From Mobula hypostoma (lineage: Eukaryota), in contig NC_086108.1 in NCBI RefSeq assembly GCF_963921235.1, positions 19,902,001 to 19,966,000 on the forward strand: a stretch of 64,000 nucleotides of DNA, given 5' to 3'. A model generated the notes under the pieces. That model did not search any database. It was not told the origin of the DNA and saw only the letters and a list, made by a program, of their open reading frames with translations. Position 1 is the first letter of the stretch. Every line of letters begins with the position of its first letter. Below are positions 51,460 through 64,000 of this stretch, piece by piece. Position numbers and translations under genes: made by a program.

Positions 51460-52720
51460 AGAGGCATAATATGATTAGGAATAGTCAGCATGGCTTTGTC
51501 AAAGGCCTTACAAGCCTGATTGAATTTTTTGAGAATGTGACTAAACACATATATGGATTTCAGCAAGGCATTTGATAAGGTACTTCATGCAAGGCTTATT
51601 GAGAAGGTAAGGAGGCATGGGATCCAAGGGGACCTTGCTTTATGGATCCAGAACTGGCTTGCCCACAGAAGGCAGAGTGGTTGTAGACGGGTCATATTCT
51701 GCATGGAGGTTGGTGACCAGTGGTGTGCCTCAGGGATCTGTTCTGGGATCCCTTCTCATCGTGATTTTTATAAATGACCTGGATGAGGAAGTGGAGGGAG
51801 GGATAGGTTAGTAATTTGCTGATGATACAAAGGTTGGGGGTGTTGTGGGTAGTGTGGTGGGCTGTTAGAGGTTACAGCAGGATATTGATAGGATGCAAAA
51901 CTGGGCTGAGAAGTGGCAGATGGAGTTCAACCCAGGTAACGTGTGAGGTGGTTTATTTTGGTAGGTCAAATATGATAGTAGATTATAGTATTAATGGTAA
52001 GACTCTTGGCAGTGTGGAAGATTAGAGGGATCTTGGGGTCCAAGTCCACAGGACATTCAAAGCTGCTGCACAGGTTGACTGTGTGGTTAAGTAGGCATAC
52101 GATGGATTGGCCTTCATCAACCATGGGATTGAGTTCAAGAGCTGAGAGGTAATGTTACAGCTATATAGGACCCTGGTCAGACCCCACGGAGTACTGTGCT
52201 CAGTTCTGGTCACCTCACTACAAGAAGAATGTAAAAACTATAGAAAGGGTGCAGAGGAGATTTACAAAGATGTTGCCTGGATTAGTGAGCATGCCTTATG
52301 AGAATAGGTTGAGTGAACTTGGCTTTTTCTCCTTGGAGCAATGGAGGATGAGCGGTGACCTGATAGAGGTGTATAAGATGATGAGAGGCATTGATTTGTG
52401 GCTAGTCAGAGGCTTTTTCCCAGGGCTGAAATGGATAACACGAGAGGACACAGATTTAGGGTGTTTGGAAGTAGGTACAGAGGACATGTCAGGGGTAAGT
52501 TTTTTACACAGAGAGTGGTGAGTGCTTGGAATGGGATGCCGGCAACAGTGGTGGAGGCGGATACGATAGGGTCTTTTAAGAGACTCCTGGATAGGTACAT
52601 GGAGCTTAGAAAAATAGAGGGCTGTGGGTAATCCGAGATAATTTCTAAAGTAAGTACATGTTTGGCACAGCATTGTGGGCCAAAGGGCCTGTATTGTGCT
52701 GTAGGTTTTCCAGGTTTCTA
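51460..52720 (+). mobile_element. CR1 RT/3' fragment
   Basis: [32 protein letters not shown] and RVVSAWNGMP motifs; ttctatgt-like tail. Confidence 0.9.
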
Positions 52721-52959
52721 ATTTGTTGGTGCTGCCTGACATTTCTCTGGACCCATAAAACATAGGAGCTGAATTAAGCCATTTGGCTTATTGAGTATGC
52801 TCCACCATTCCGTTATAGCTGATTTATTATTCCTCTCAACCCCTATTCCCTGCTGTATTCCTGTAACCTTTGAAACCCTTACTAATCAAGAACCTGTCAA
52901 CCTCTGCTTTGGACTCCCTGATGGACTTCATCTTGTGAATTAAAGAAAACTGCCAGTAA

Positions 52960-54290
52960 GTCATAATTAATTTTCAAAATTTGTCTGATTCAGTGAAGGT
53001 TCCATTAAACAGCAAATGTAAATCCACTTCAGTGTGGGGAAAGCTGGAAACTGCAGGCCAGTTCACTTAATTTTATACGTAAAATGTTAAAGCTTTTATT
53101 GAAGACGTTATAGCAGGACACTTAGAGAAGAGCATCCAGGTAATCAGGCAATGTCCATATTGCTTAATCATGTTTAACCATTTGTTGGAATTCTTTGAAG
53201 AAATAACCTCTTGTGGATAAGAAGAAATAATCTTGGATTTCCAGGAGTCATTTAGTAAGGTGCTACATCAAAAGCTATTAAAGGAAATAAAAGCAGTTTG
53301 TGTAGAGGGTAATATGGAGAGATGACTGGCTAGTTCAGCAGAAAAAAAAGTAGATTTAATTTTTTTTCTTCTTGGCAAGATGTGATGAGAGTTGTGTAAT
53401 AGTGATTAACCTTTTGAATTTATGCCATTGATTTGAATGTAGGAACTAATGATGAAGTTGCCAGATTGGAATACAGGTATCCCCTGCTTTTCGTAAGTTC
53501 GCTTTACGCCACTTTGCTTTTACGAAAGACTTACATTAGTAGCTATTTTTGCTAACTGAAAAAAATCCGGAGGATTTTTGCTTTTACGAAAAAAGGCGAA
53601 AAGCGAAAGTAGCATTCAGCATTTGTTTTGTAGCGAGCCGTTATAGAGGCAGCGCGCACCCCGAGCAGCAAGTGTGGCGCTGCCAAGCTCCTTCCCCGGG
53701 AACTAAACTCAGCATCTCAGCATCAAGCTGCCATAGCTTTGAACTGTGTGTGTGAGCATCTGTGCTTTATCTCGATTTATTTTGTGCATCTGTTAGCAAG
53801 ATGTGTCCTAAGGTATCAGAAAAGCATAAAAGAGCGCGTAAGGATGTTACGCTTAGCGTAAAACTGGACGTAGTTAAGCGTTTCGATCATGGTGAACGAA
53901 ATAAAGACATTGTGCGTGCGTTGAACTTGCCTGCGTCCACTATTCATACTAATTATACAGGCTGTGTATTTATTATATCATTCCTACTTTTACGATATGT
54001 TAGTGTTATTTTAGGTTTTATGTGTTATTTGGAATGATTTGGTAGGTTATTTTTTGGGTCTGGGAACACTCAGAAATTTTTCCCATATAAATTAATGGTA
54101 ATTGCTTCTTTGCTTTACACCATTTCGGCTTACAAAAGGTTTCATAGGAATGCTCTACTTTTGGATAGCAGGGGAAACCTGTATAAGCTGTGAAGAGGGC
54201 ATTAGGCGGCTATAAAGGGATATCAGTAAGTTAACCGAGTAGACAAAGATCCCTATAAAGTGATATAGGTAAGTTAATTGAGTAGGCAAA
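52960..54290 (+). mobile_element. Old degraded CR1 interrupted by a Tigger copy
   Basis: ggaaactgcaggccagtt, ttggaattctttgaagaa and cttggatttccag motifs, resuming after 54183. Confidence 0.6.
53474..54181 (+). mobile_element. Internally deleted Tigger/pogo element (same family as 48563-49846)
   Basis: TA|CAGGTATCCCCTGC...GCAGGGGAAACCTG|TA ends; MCPKVSEKHKRARKDVTLSVKLDVVKRFDHGE HTH remnant. Confidence 0.88.
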
Positions 54291-54574
54291 GATCTACAGT
54301 CATAGAAGTTATAGAACTGTGTATCACAGAAACAAACCTAACACATCCATGCCAATTGTGATGCCTTTCTACGCTAATCCCTTTTCCCACATTAGGCCCA
54401 TATCCTTCTCCTTTTCCTATACAAGTACCTGTCCGAAGGTCGTTTAAGTGCTTCTACCACTGCCTCTTGCAGTTCATTCCATAAAACTACCATCTTATGT
54501 GTGGAAAAACTTGCCTCTGAAATTGCTTTTAAATCTTTCCTCTCTCACCTCAAACCAATGTCTACTGATTTTAA

Positions 54575-54965
54575 ACACACGAGATTCTGCAGATGCTGGA
54601 AATCCAGAACAACACACCTAAGATGCTGGAGGAACTCAACAGGTCAGGCAGCATCTATAGAAATTAATATTCAGTTGACTTTTTGGGCCGAGACCTTTCA
54701 TCAGCAATAGAAAGGAAGGGGGAAGATGACAGAATAAAATAGTGCAAGGAAAGGAAGGAAGTCAAGCTGGAAAGTGACAGGTGAAGCCAGGTTTGGGGGT
54801 GGGGGGGAACGAAGGAAAAGCCGGAGGTGATAGGTGGAAAAGGCTGAATAAAAAGGAATCTGTTAGGAGAGGAGAGTGGACTATAGGAGGAAGGGAAGAA
54901 CGAGGAGCACCAGGGGAAGAAAATAGACAGGTGAGAAGAGGTGAGGCCAGAGAGGAAAAGAAAAA
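54575..54965 (-). mobile_element. Penelope 3' end/terminal repeat
   Basis: gattctgcagatgctggaaatccag...ttttgggccgagacctttcatcag, then a purine-rich tract as in the other copies. Confidence 0.78.
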
Positions 54966-55039
54966 AAGATTACAGGAAGGATATGAAATTTTCCAGCCCT
55001 TTAAGCCACGCCACCACTGCAACCCCCAACAAACCTGAT

Positions 55040-55266
55040 TAGGGAGGGAACGTCGACTCAGACCATGAGAGGCCTGCTTCGGGCAGTTTCATGTCTTACA
55101 AGGTGCAGATTGGAAGTCTGTGTGGGGCGCCACTCCTTGCACAGACACTAGGGCAATGTGTGGTTAAGTGCCTTGCTCAAGGACACAAACACGCTGCCAC
55201 AGTTGAGGCTCAAACTAGCAACCTTCTGATCATTAGATGAATGCCTTAACCACTTGGCCACGTGCC
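55040..55266 (-). mobile_element. tRNA-derived CORE-like SINE
   Basis: Minus strand reads GGCACGTGGCCAAGTGGTTAAGG (A box), GTTTGAGCC (B-box-like), then GTGTCCTTGAGCAAGGCACTTAACC (CORE-like). Confidence 0.75.
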
Positions 55267-55289
55267 TAACTATAACCTACTACAAGACA

Positions 55290-55455
55290 GTTACAATGAC
55301 CTACCCGATACATCTTTGGACTGTAGGAGGAAACCGGAGCAGGGAAAAGCCACGCATTTCACAAGGAGGATGTACAGAGGCTCCTTACAGAATGGCACCG
55401 GAGTTAAACTCTGAACTCCAAAATACCCTGAGCTCTAATAGCATTGCGCTGGTGC
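55290..55455 (-). mobile_element. V-SINE-like fragment
   Basis: catctttggactgtaggaggaaaccggagca is a V-domain-like sequence. Confidence 0.6.
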
Positions 55456-56889
55456 CCAAATTATTGTCCATTATAGGTTTTGCTAGGTCATCTCCTGGTG
55501 GTGATGTAGCAGGTGACTTAATGATGTCCTGGTGATAAAGTGTAAGGGAATGGGGGATTTTCAGATTCCTGTAAACAATGGGTTAAGTAACGACTATGTG
55601 TATTTTGTGGGTGACTGCAGTGTGTTTGAATACTGTCTCACAGCTGCTTTCTTTGGAGCAAGATGAGGGCTAAAGTTCACCCAGATCCACATAAAATGTC
55701 TCTGGGCTTTTCACACCTTTTGATTTTGACAAAAGGCAGTACCTGATGGAAATTTGACAGAACATTCCTTTCTTAAGCATAAATTTGATGTATGTTCTTA
55801 TCTTTATAATTAAGTTCTGGCTCCAACAAACCATGTAGGACTTTCTTTAATTAACTTGGCTGGAATGCTTATCAAACTGATTGTTGTTTTGTATCGGTGG
55901 CCTTATAACTTCTAACAATTCTGACATCAGGCAGTGAACTTGTTGAACTGCTGGGGAGATGAGAACGGTTCTCTCCCTGATGTCGGGTCCAAGTTCACTT
56001 GCCGGCTGAGAGCGAAGAAATAAGCGGGTGAAAAGATGAGTAACGATCTTTTTGTGCTGTTGTTATTTGATCCAGCAAATTTACATTTACACTGGAAGCA
56101 TGTTGCATGTCCAGCCACTTAATATATGGTTTGTTCCATGTGCTAAATCTGTCAAAATCAGTGTTTATGTATACATGAATGGTGATTGTATGTTGCACTC
56201 GCAAGAAGTTTTCACATATTTTATAAGATCATAATGGAAGCAAGTGTTACATCACAGGTCTATTTGACTAATTAGCCCATCACTGCCCTTGGGTTCTACG
56301 ATTCAATCCTGTCTTTAAGTATATTTCTGAGCTACATAACAGCAAGTTTACTACCTGAGCCATTGAGGGAAAACAGTCTAACAGGTGAGTTCAGCTGATG
56401 ATTTTGCAGCATTATTTGTCAGCTATACTCTTGCTTAGTTATGATTCTCAGTTTTAAAAAGAACAATAATTTATAGAGTACTCTAAAATATTGGAATATA
56501 TCAGGACTACTTAACAATCAAATAGTTTTCTGGCATTTACTACAGTTGTGGGGAGGTTAACTGTTTGTGTAGAATTGAGAACAATGTTGCCTGGAGGCCA
56601 TTTTACAAGATGTAAAGTTACTGATCTGAAACTTCTGAACGTGTGTCCTTCATCCTCAAATTGGAGTTTGAATAACGTTTTAGAGATGTTGCTTGCTTCT
56701 TTTCTCTCTTATCCTGCATGAAATTAAATACACTGAAGAGGCAGTAACAAAATTAAAGAACTTTGGAGTGGAAAGGAAGGTTGACGATGGGGTAATACTT
56801 GAGATCAAATGTTGACATCAGGGAGGTAGGCAGTCGTAGGCTGTGGAGATGAACGTTGGTCATGAACAACTGGTTGACAAGAAGTGCAA

Positions 56890-57110
56890 AAGGAACCACA
56901 CAAAAACTGCTGCGGGAACTCAGGTGGTCAGGTATCGAAAGGAATAAAAGAATCAAAGTTTTGGGCTGAGACCCTGTCCTAATTAAGGGTCTCGGCCCAA
57001 AATGTCAAGTTTTTATCTCTTTTCATAGATGCTGCCTGACCTGCTGAGCTCCTCCAGTAGTTTGTGTGTATTACTGTGTATTTCCAGCATCTACAGAATT
57101 TCTTGTGTTT
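56890..57110. repeat. Hairpin of two inverted Penelope terminal repeats
   Basis: ttttgggctgagaccct-gtcctaatta-agggtctcggcccaaaa at the centre; imperfect arms extend about 90 bp each side. Confidence 0.82.
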
Positions 57111-57634
57111 ATTAAGTGTCAAGAGAAGCTGAGTTAACATTTTAGTGGGAATACAGTTGACAAAGGAAGAATCTGGAAGATGAACACTGAAAAATAAATA
57201 GAAAATGCTAAAAATACTCAGGTTTAGCAACAACTGTGAAGAGAGAAGCAGTTAACTGTGTTTTACACTCCATAGATGTTGCCTGGCCTGCTAAATATTT
57301 CAGCATTAAAAGCAGGAAGTTGGCCCCAACAGGATTTGGGGAAATGGAATACACTGGAGAAGAGTGTGACTGGAGATGATCATAACCTGATAATTTTAAA
57401 ATTCAAGAGCTTATTTACATGGCATTTCTACCTTATATACGTATGCCCGTGACAAACAATAAACTCAAGCTTGAACCTATCAACGTCGGGATTTTAAAGC
57501 AGGTTGTAAACTGTTCCAGACATCCAGTAGCTTGAAAGTAAAGGTATTTGATGATCAGTGAGAGTTTTGTTATGAAATACTGTGGTACGTTGTTTAATTG
57601 CTCTTTAAAATATATTTTTTGCCTTTACTTTCAG

Positions 57635-57793
57635 GTGATGGAGAGTGAGGAGTTCATGCTATTACCAGCAAATCAGCTGATTGATATTATTTCCAGTGAT
57701 GAGCTGAATGTGCGGAGTGAAGAACAAGTTTTTAATGCAGTTATGGCTTGGGTTAAATACAGTATTCAGGAGAGACGACCACAGCTTCCCCAG
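57635..57793 (+). CDS. KLHL20: KLHL20 BACK-domain exon (159 bp, phase 0-0)
   Basis: [53 protein letters not shown]. Acceptor tttcAG; donor GTGAGA. Confidence 0.97.
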
Positions 57794-58305
57794 GTGAGAC
57801 AGCATCCAGGTGAAAATCTGAATTCTTACATCTTGGAATGTTTCGTTTCAAAACCTTAAACAGATGGCAGACTATGTTTGCTTAATGTCTGTTGTTTGCA
57901 AGATACCAGTGTCTATAATCAGGTCTCCATAAATGAAGAGGAGATATTATGTGCCTTGGCAGGCTTAAAGGTGGATAACACTCCAAGACCAGATGAGATT
58001 TGTTTCAGGCCATTATAGGAAGCAAATGAAGAGATTACTGGGGTTTTGGCTAAAATTTTCAAATCTTTTATGGATGCAACTAGATGATATTAGATGACTG
58101 GAGAATATCAAATGTGTCATACCCCTTTTTAAAAAAGGCAATAGGCAAAAGCCTAGAAACTATAGACCTGGTAGCCTAACATCTCGGGTGGGATGGTGCT
58201 GAGGGAAAGGATTAATGCTATCTTGGAAAAGCAGGGACTAATTATAGACTGCCATTATGACTGTGACCAGTTTGTTTGATTTCTTTGAAGAGGCATCAAA
58301 GCGTG

Positions 58306-61300
58306 TTCAAAGTAAGTTTATTATCAAAGTACATGTATGTTACCATATACAACCCTCAGATTCATTTTCTTGCAGGCATTCACAGTAGATGCAAAGAAAC
58401 AATGGAATCAATGAAGAGCCACATATGACAAATGGACAAACAACCATTGTGCAAAAGACAACAAGCTGTGCAAATACAAAAAGAAAAAAAACAAAATAAT
58501 AATAAATAAATGAGCAATAAATATTGAGAACATGAGAAGAAGAGTCCTTGAAAGTGAGCCCATATGTTGTGGAATCAGTTCAGTGTTGGGATGAGTAAAT
58601 TTGAATGAAATTATCCCCTCAGATTCAAAAGCCTGATGTTTGAGGAGTAATAACTGCTCCTGAACCTAGTGGTGTGGGTCCTGAAGCTCCTTTACCACCT
58701 TCCTGATGGCAGCAGTAAGAAGAGAGCATGGACTGGATGGTGGGGGTCCTTGATGATGGATGTTGCTTTTCTGCAACAGTGCTCCATATAGATACTGTAT
58801 GGATAGGACTTTATCTGTGATCAACTGGGACGTATCCATTACTTTTTGTGGTAATTTTCTGTTCAAGGGTATTGGTGTTTCTATACCAGGCTGTGATTCG
58901 AACAGTCAATATACTCTCCACCACCCATCTATAGAAGTTTGTCAGAGTTTTAGATGACATACTGAAACTTTGCAAACTTCTAACAAAGTAGAGGTGCTGC
59001 TGTGCCTTCTTTGTAATGGCACTTGCATGCTAGACCCAGGACAGATCCTCTAAAATGACAATGCTGAGGAACTTAAAAGTTGCTGACCCTCTTCACCAAT
59101 GATCCCCAGATAAGAACTGGCTCATGGACGTCCAGTTTCCTCCTCCTGTGGTCAATAATCAGATCTTTGGATTTGCTGACATTGAGAGGTTGTTGTTGTG
59201 GTCAGATTTTCAGTCTCCCTCCTATATGCTGATTTGTCATGATGTTTGATTTGGCCAATGACAGTGGTGTTAGTAGCAAATTTAAATATGGCATTAGAGC
59301 TGTCCTTAGCCTCACAGTCATAACTATAAAGTGAGTAGAGCAGGGGGCTAAGCACAGAGCCTTGTGGTGTACCTGACTGATGGTGATTGTGGAGGAGAAG
59401 TTGTTACTAATCTAATTGACTGGGTGGGGTCTGGATGTTACCATCACAAACACATCCAGGTGAGAGCAAATAGAAGCATGGCTTACCGCAGAGGTCTGTG
59501 CATGGCTGAGAGATCCTGATGCTGCCTTTAGATTGGGGGACGTGACAGCTCTCAGGGAAGCAAGAACTGTGCCTTTCTGCTCCATCAGGAAGGCAAAACG
59601 GGAGCATGCTCAGAGAATATACAACCACTTCTGCAATACCAGAGACATGAGGTGTATATGGCAGGGAATTCAGAGGATTACAGACTAAGTTTACCCTATG
59701 CATCAGTGATCAGGATGCCTCATTTCCTGACAGGCTGAATGTCTTTTATGCCCGGTTTGATCCACAGAACAAAGTGCAGGCAAGGAAGGCACCAGGGGAG
59801 CAGAAACTCAGCCCAGCTAACTGAAGTGCTGATGGATATATTCGCCATCTCTCTGGATCAGTCCATTGTCCCCTCAATTTTCAAGGTGGCAACTATCATT
59901 CCAGTGCCAAAGAAGGTGACAGTAAACTGTCTAAATGACTGTCATCCAGTGGCATTAACATCTATCATTATGAAATCTTTTGAGGAGCTGGTAGTGGAGC
60001 ACATTAAAGCCTTTCTCCTGGATACATTGGACCCTTGCCAGATTGTTTATCAGTCAAATTGCTCCACTGACGATGCCATTGTCTCTGCCCTCCACTCTGC
60101 CCTGTCCCACCTGGAAAATAGAGCCTCATATGTTAAGCTGCTGTTCATAGACTTCATTTTGCCATATAACACCATCATGCCCCAGAAAATAATGGGGAAA
60201 CTATCCTCGCTGGGTCTCAACACCTCCCTCTGTAAATGGATCCTGGACTTAACAGATAGGCCACAGTCAGTCCCTGTGGGTAGCAAAGTCCTAGTCCCAT
60301 TATGCTGAGCACTGGCGCTCCTCTGGGCTGTGTGCTTAGCCCACTTTTGTTCACACTGTTGATGCACGACTGTGTCAAAGGGTTCAGCTCATACTCTGTC
60401 ATCAAGTTTGTGAATGACACAACAGTGGGTGGCCTTGTTAACAACAATGATTCGGAATACAGAGAGGAAGTGGAGCGGCTGGTGCGCTGGTGTGAGAGCA
60501 ACAACCTTAGTGAAGGTGGAGAAGACCAAGGAAATGATTGTGGACGTCAGGAAGGTGCAGATGAACCATCCTCCTCTGCACATACATGGCTCCTCCATAG
60601 AGAAAGTTAACTGCACCAAGTTCCTGGGTGTTCATATCATGGATGACCTCACCTGGTCCCTCAGTATTACCTCCCTGAATAAGAAGGCACAGCAGTGCCT
60701 CCATTTCCTAAGGAGGTTGAGGCAAGTGAGGATCTCCACACTACCCTCCCTCCACCATCTTAAATGAATTCTACAGGAGCACCATTGTGAGCATCCTGAC
60801 AAGCTGCTTCTTCATCTGGTACGGAAGCACCAAGGCACTGGACTGGAAGTCCCTCCAAAGGACTGTTAGAACAGCCGAGAGGATCATAGGGGTCTCCTTA
60901 CCATCCACTGGGGGCATTTATCAGGAGCACTGCAATATGCAGGGCCCTTAGTATTATCAAGGATCCCACCCATCCATCCAGCATATTCTTTGATTTCTAC
61001 CATCAGGCAGGAGCCTCTGATTCATGAAGATAAGAATGGTCAAGATAGGAAACAGCTTCTTCCCTCAGGATTCTGAACTCCCTACCATATTGCATTCTAA
61101 GTGTTACCAGTTAATCTGTTCTGTACCCTACAATATTTAATTTATGCACTTTACTTTGTTTATTTCTGCATGATTCATTTATAGATTTCATTCTTACTTT
61201 CCTAATTATTGTGTGTTATATGTGTGCAATGTGTACTACTGTGCTTTACACCCTGATCCGGAAAAAAGCTGTCTTGTTTGACAGTATACATGTATGTAGT

Positions 61301-62195
61301 TAAATGACAATAAACTCAACTTGACATGATTTGAAGTGAGGAAATTGAGAATCCAGTTGCACAGGGAGGTATTGAGGCCTAGGTGATGGAGCTTATTGAT
61401 TAGTTTTGAGGAGATGATAGTGTTGAATGCAGAGCTGTAGTCAATAAAGAGCATCATGGTGTATGCTTTACTGTCCAGATGTTCCAATGTTGAGTGAAGA
61501 GCCAATGAAATGGCATCTGCTGTTGACCTGTTGTGATGGTAGACAAATTGGAGCAGATCCAAGTTGTTCCTCAGGCAGGAGTGGATATGTTTCATCACCA
61601 ACCCATCAAAGCGCTTCATCACAATGGATGTAAGTGCCCTGTCCAGGCCAGATGCTTTCTGTGGTTCACTCTCCTGAAGAATGCTCTCACATTGGCTTCA
61701 GAGACTGAAATCACAGGGTTGCTGGAGGTTGTGGGAGTTTGTGAAGGTGCCTCCATGTTTTGTCATTTAAAGCGAGCATAAAAGGCACTGAGCTCATGTG
61801 GGAGCATACCTTGTTGAAACATATGTCGTTTGGTTATACTTTGTAGGAGGTGATAGCATTCAAGCCTTGCCACAGCTGTTGAACATCTTTCCGTGATTCT
61901 TGTTTGGTCCAGAATTGCCATTTTGCACATGAGATGGCTTTCTGGAGGTTGTCCGCAAACCTCTTGTTACTTGGTTCCAAGACACAAATGCCATTGATTC
62001 TCATCTGGCTCTCAGCAGATTGAGGATCTCTTGGTTTATCCAGGGCTTCTAAATGATTTTGAGGGACATACCCATCCATGACTGACTTTATAAACTCTGT
62101 GACTACCATGGTGTATTCATTCAGATCCTCTTGAGTCCATTAATTTGAAGCAATCCCGAAGCCACTCCTCTGCCTCCTGCAACCACTTCTTCATT
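58306..62195 (-). mobile_element. Rex1/Babar-like LINE (58306-59424 and ~61331-62195), itself interrupted
   Basis: [12 protein letters not shown]...[12 protein letters not shown]...[10 protein letters not shown] continues into LSPLLYSLY...FKFA; 3' tail at 58306. Confidence 0.85.
59425..61330 (+). mobile_element. Rex1/Babar-like LINE inserted in opposite orientation
   Basis: IIPVPKK...[29 protein letters not shown]...KFVNDT, KFLGVHI motifs; tail aataaactcaacttgacatgatttga. Confidence 0.87.
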
Positions 62196-62627
62196 GTTGT
62201 TGGTAAGGGCAGAGAAGTCAATGTGATTTATATATGGATTTTAGTAAGGCCTTTGACTGGGTCCTCCATGTGAGGCTGTTCAGGAGGTTAGAACTTGTGG
62301 AATGCAGGGCAAGGTAATAAACTGGTTCCAAAACTGGCTTAACAATAGAATACAGAGGGGGGGAGGTAGAAGTTTTTATCTCTACAATTAGATGCCATTA
62401 ACTACTGGTGTCTCACAAGTATCTGCTGGGACCCTCGCAGTTTGTATGAAGGATTTGGATGCGGATGTAGAAGACACAGTAAGTAATGAATGATACAAAG
62501 TTTAGTGGAGTTGTTGGTGTGTAAAGTAGTTTTGGGTTGCACAGAGATACTTATGTGTTGGTGAAATGATCAACCACAGCATTTTCCTTATGTATGAACA
62601 CAAATAAACAAAAAATGCCCTTTCGTA

Positions 62628-63902
62628 CAGTTGCACGAAAAAGTTTGTGACCCATTTGCAATTACCTAGTTTTTTGCATTAATTACTCATAAAATATGAT
62701 CTGGTCTTTATCTGAGTCGTAATAATGGACAAACAGAATCTGTCTAAAGCAATAACACACGAACAATTGTACTTCTTGTCAGTACCAAGAACAGTGTAGG
62801 TTAAAACTGAAAAAATGTTACAAAAGCATTTCTAAAGACCTGGGTGTTCATCAGTCCATAGTAAGAGAAATTGTCTACAAATGGAGGAAATTCTGTACTG
62901 TTGCTGCTCTCCCTAGGAGTGGGTGTCCTGTAACAGCAAAAGACCTGCAGAAATCTCCAGAACTTGCTAAAGTGTCTGTTCATATGTCCCGTATAAGAAA
63001 AACACTGAACAAGAATGGTGAACAAATAAGGACACAACAGAGGAAACCACGCTCTCCAAAAAAAAAATCCATTGCTGCACATCTCAAGTTTGCAAAAGAC
63101 CACCTGGATGTTCCATAATGCTTCTGGGACAATGTTCTGTGGACAGATGAGACAAAAGTTGAGCTTTTCGTCCAAAATATACACCACTATATTTGGAGGA
63201 AAAAGAGCACTGCACACTAACACCAAAACCTCATCCCAACTGTGAAGCATGGTGGAAGGAGCATCATGGTTTGGGGCTGCTTTGCTGCCTCAGGGTCTGC
63301 AATCATTGAAGGAACAATGAATTCAAAATTGTATCGAGACAGGAGAATGTCAGGTTAGCAGATTGTCACCTGAAGATTAATAGAAGTTGGATGATGCAAC
63401 AAGATAATAATCCGAAACACAAGAGTAAATCAAAAACAGAATGGTTTAAAAAGAAGATTGTTCTTATTTTGTAATGGCCAAGTTAGAGTCCAGACCTGAA
63501 TCCAATTGAGATGCATGCATGACCTGAAGTGGCCTGTTCATGCAAGGTATCCCAGAAATATTGATGAACTGAAACAGTTTTGGATGGAGGAATGGTCTAA
63601 AATTTCTCCTGAACTCTGTGCAAGTCTGATCAGCAGCTACAGGAAATGTTTGGTCGAGATTATTGCTGCTAAAGGAGGTTCTATCAGATATTAAGTACAA
63701 GGGTTTACGTACTCTTTCCAGCCTGGACTGTGAATGATTATATAATGTATTCAATAAAGCCATGAAAAGTACAATTGTTTGTGTTTTATTAGTTTAGGCA
63801 AATTGTGTTTGCCTATTATTGTGACGGAGATGAAGGTCAGACCACATTTTATGAGTAATTAATGCAGAAAACTGGGTAATTGCAAACTTTTTCTTGCATC
63901 TG
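62628..63902 (+). mobile_element. Degraded Tc1-family DNA transposon with long (~150 bp or more) TIRs
   Basis: TA|CAGTTGCACGAAAAAGTTTG...AAACTTTTTCTTGCATCTG|TA ends. Frameshifted transposase remnants [57 protein letters not shown] and SPDLNPIE. Confidence 0.92.
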
Positions 63903-64000
63903 TATGTCTTTTACATAGAAAAGTTTTATGAAATTACTTAATATCTTTGGAAATTTTTGCAAGTTTATGCATTAAGAGTTTTATTCCAGATGCATAAATA

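Larger units (their letters stand above)
57930..62570 (+). mobile_element. Old CR1 (57930-58305 and ~62200-62570) split by nested Rex-type LINEs
   Basis: FFEEASKRV at ~58280-58307 continues as GKGREVNVI..MDFSKAFD at ~62200-62260. Confidence 0.75.

Noticed and set aside
55190..55266. tRNA gene
   Set aside because: Degenerate cloverleaf running directly into a CORE-like SINE body; it is a SINE head.

Overview
Eukaryotic genomic DNA from a vertebrate, AT-rich and dense in repeats. The repeat families (CR1, L1/Tx1-like and Rex1/Babar LINEs, Penelope elements, V-SINEs, Tigger, Tc1) suggest a cartilaginous fish, probably a ray; this is an inference. Two host genes sit head-to-head, as in the conserved vertebrate ANKRD45-KLHL20 arrangement. 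ANKRD45 is on the minus strand, with coding exons 14173-13873 and 10601-10434; the rest of the gene lies beyond the left edge. KLHL20 is on the plus strand, with a CpG-rich 5' exon near 18.7-19.2 kb and BTB/BACK exons 46643-47216 and 57635-57793; the rest lies beyond the right edge. Most of the remaining sequence is nested transposable elements. The most notable observations are: (1) an L1-like element with both ends, a 16-bp TSD and an intact ORF1, whose ORF2 reconstructs to a stop-free 472-aa endonuclease-to-zinc-knuckle fusion lacking the whole RT; (2) a nearly intact CR1 (one nonsense codon, SGNH esterase-type ORF1) inserted in that element; (3) a shared AAATTC/AA nick site for two different L1 insertions; (4) many Penelope terminal repeats, often in inverted pairs, whose consensus is a minimal hammerhead ribozyme; (5) an RFX X-box at the ANKRD45 promoter. 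I found no prokaryotic system, CRISPR array or rRNA/tRNA gene. Repeat boundaries without TSDs are approximate.
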